A stretch of DNA of 64,000 nt from a bacterium (GTDB taxonomy: Bacteria > Patescibacteriota > Saccharimonadia > CAILAD01 > BJGX01): positions 18,838 through 82,837 of the forward strand of contig JAKOQC010000510.1 in NCBI GenBank assembly GCA_029778565.1. The letters run 5' to 3'. Below, piece after piece: positions 63,949 to 64,000 of this stretch. The position numbers and the translations under genes are program-made. Under the pieces are notes generated by a model. It saw only the letters and a list, made by a program, of their open reading frames with translations. It had not been told where the DNA came from and searched no databases. How positions within the stretch are numbered: the stretch's first letter is position 1; every line of letters starts with the position of its first letter.

Positions 63949-64000
63949 GTGTACCTGCGGGTCTCCACGGCCCGCCAAGCCCACCGGGACGGTGAGGCCG
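63949..64000 (+). CDS. Serine recombinase (resolvase/integrase) N-terminus, partial, continues beyond window; start uncertain
   Basis: ...KRALVYLRVSTARQAHRDGEA matches the catalytic Y-x-R-V-S-T-x-x-Q motif. The first in-frame candidate start is GTG at about 63949. Confidence 0.45.
   Translation, partial: MYLRVSTARQAHRDGEA

Noticed and set aside
1-64000. CRISPR arrays, rRNA genes, IS elements with terminal inverted repeats
   Set aside because: No regularly spaced direct repeats, no rRNA-like conserved stretches and no transposase ORFs were found on inspection of both strands.

Overview
The 64-kb window has three compositional compartments. (1) Positions 1 to about 57.1 kb are low-GC (roughly 38-42%), compact bacterial DNA. 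It carries a type IV pilus locus with many prepilin-type genes, numerous small membrane proteins, little metabolism, an LCP enzyme and an Msr repair cluster, which fits a small-genome CPR/Saccharibacteria-like organism best. Housekeeping genes recognised are polA, the dnaG-rpoD operon, pyrH, rarA, trhO, dus, a DEAD-box helicase, a MurE-like ligase and pepF. (2) Two isolated high-GC (roughly 57%) genes at 189-797 and 5287-6291 sit inside that background under AT-rich promoters. They are probably horizontally acquired. (3) From about 57.1 kb to 64.0 kb the sequence switches abruptly to roughly 65% GC, actinobacterial-type DNA. It encodes a class III (CHD) nucleotidyl-cyclase-like protein next to a dGTPase homolog whose HD metal ligands are substituted, two GNATs, secreted lipoprotein/HExxH protease genes and the 5' end of a serine recombinase. 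This is either an integrated island or an assembly chimera. Other notable points: tandem duplicated pilA genes share an identical 152-nt 5' module; DnaG has all four zinc-ribbon ligands replaced; pyrH has an in-frame TGA two codons before its conserved N-terminus; two tandem standalone RNA-polymerase alpha-CTD-like proteins; a BfaA/BfaB-like module (Cfa-type methyltransferase plus FAD oxidoreductase); and a candidate sRNA between pepF and cfa. No rRNA, tRNA or CRISPR array was seen by eye. My manual base counting disagrees with the supplied ORF track by one nucleotide in at least one place near 58.6 kb, so CDS coordinates follow the ORF track and coordinates of non-coding features are approximate to a few nucleotides.
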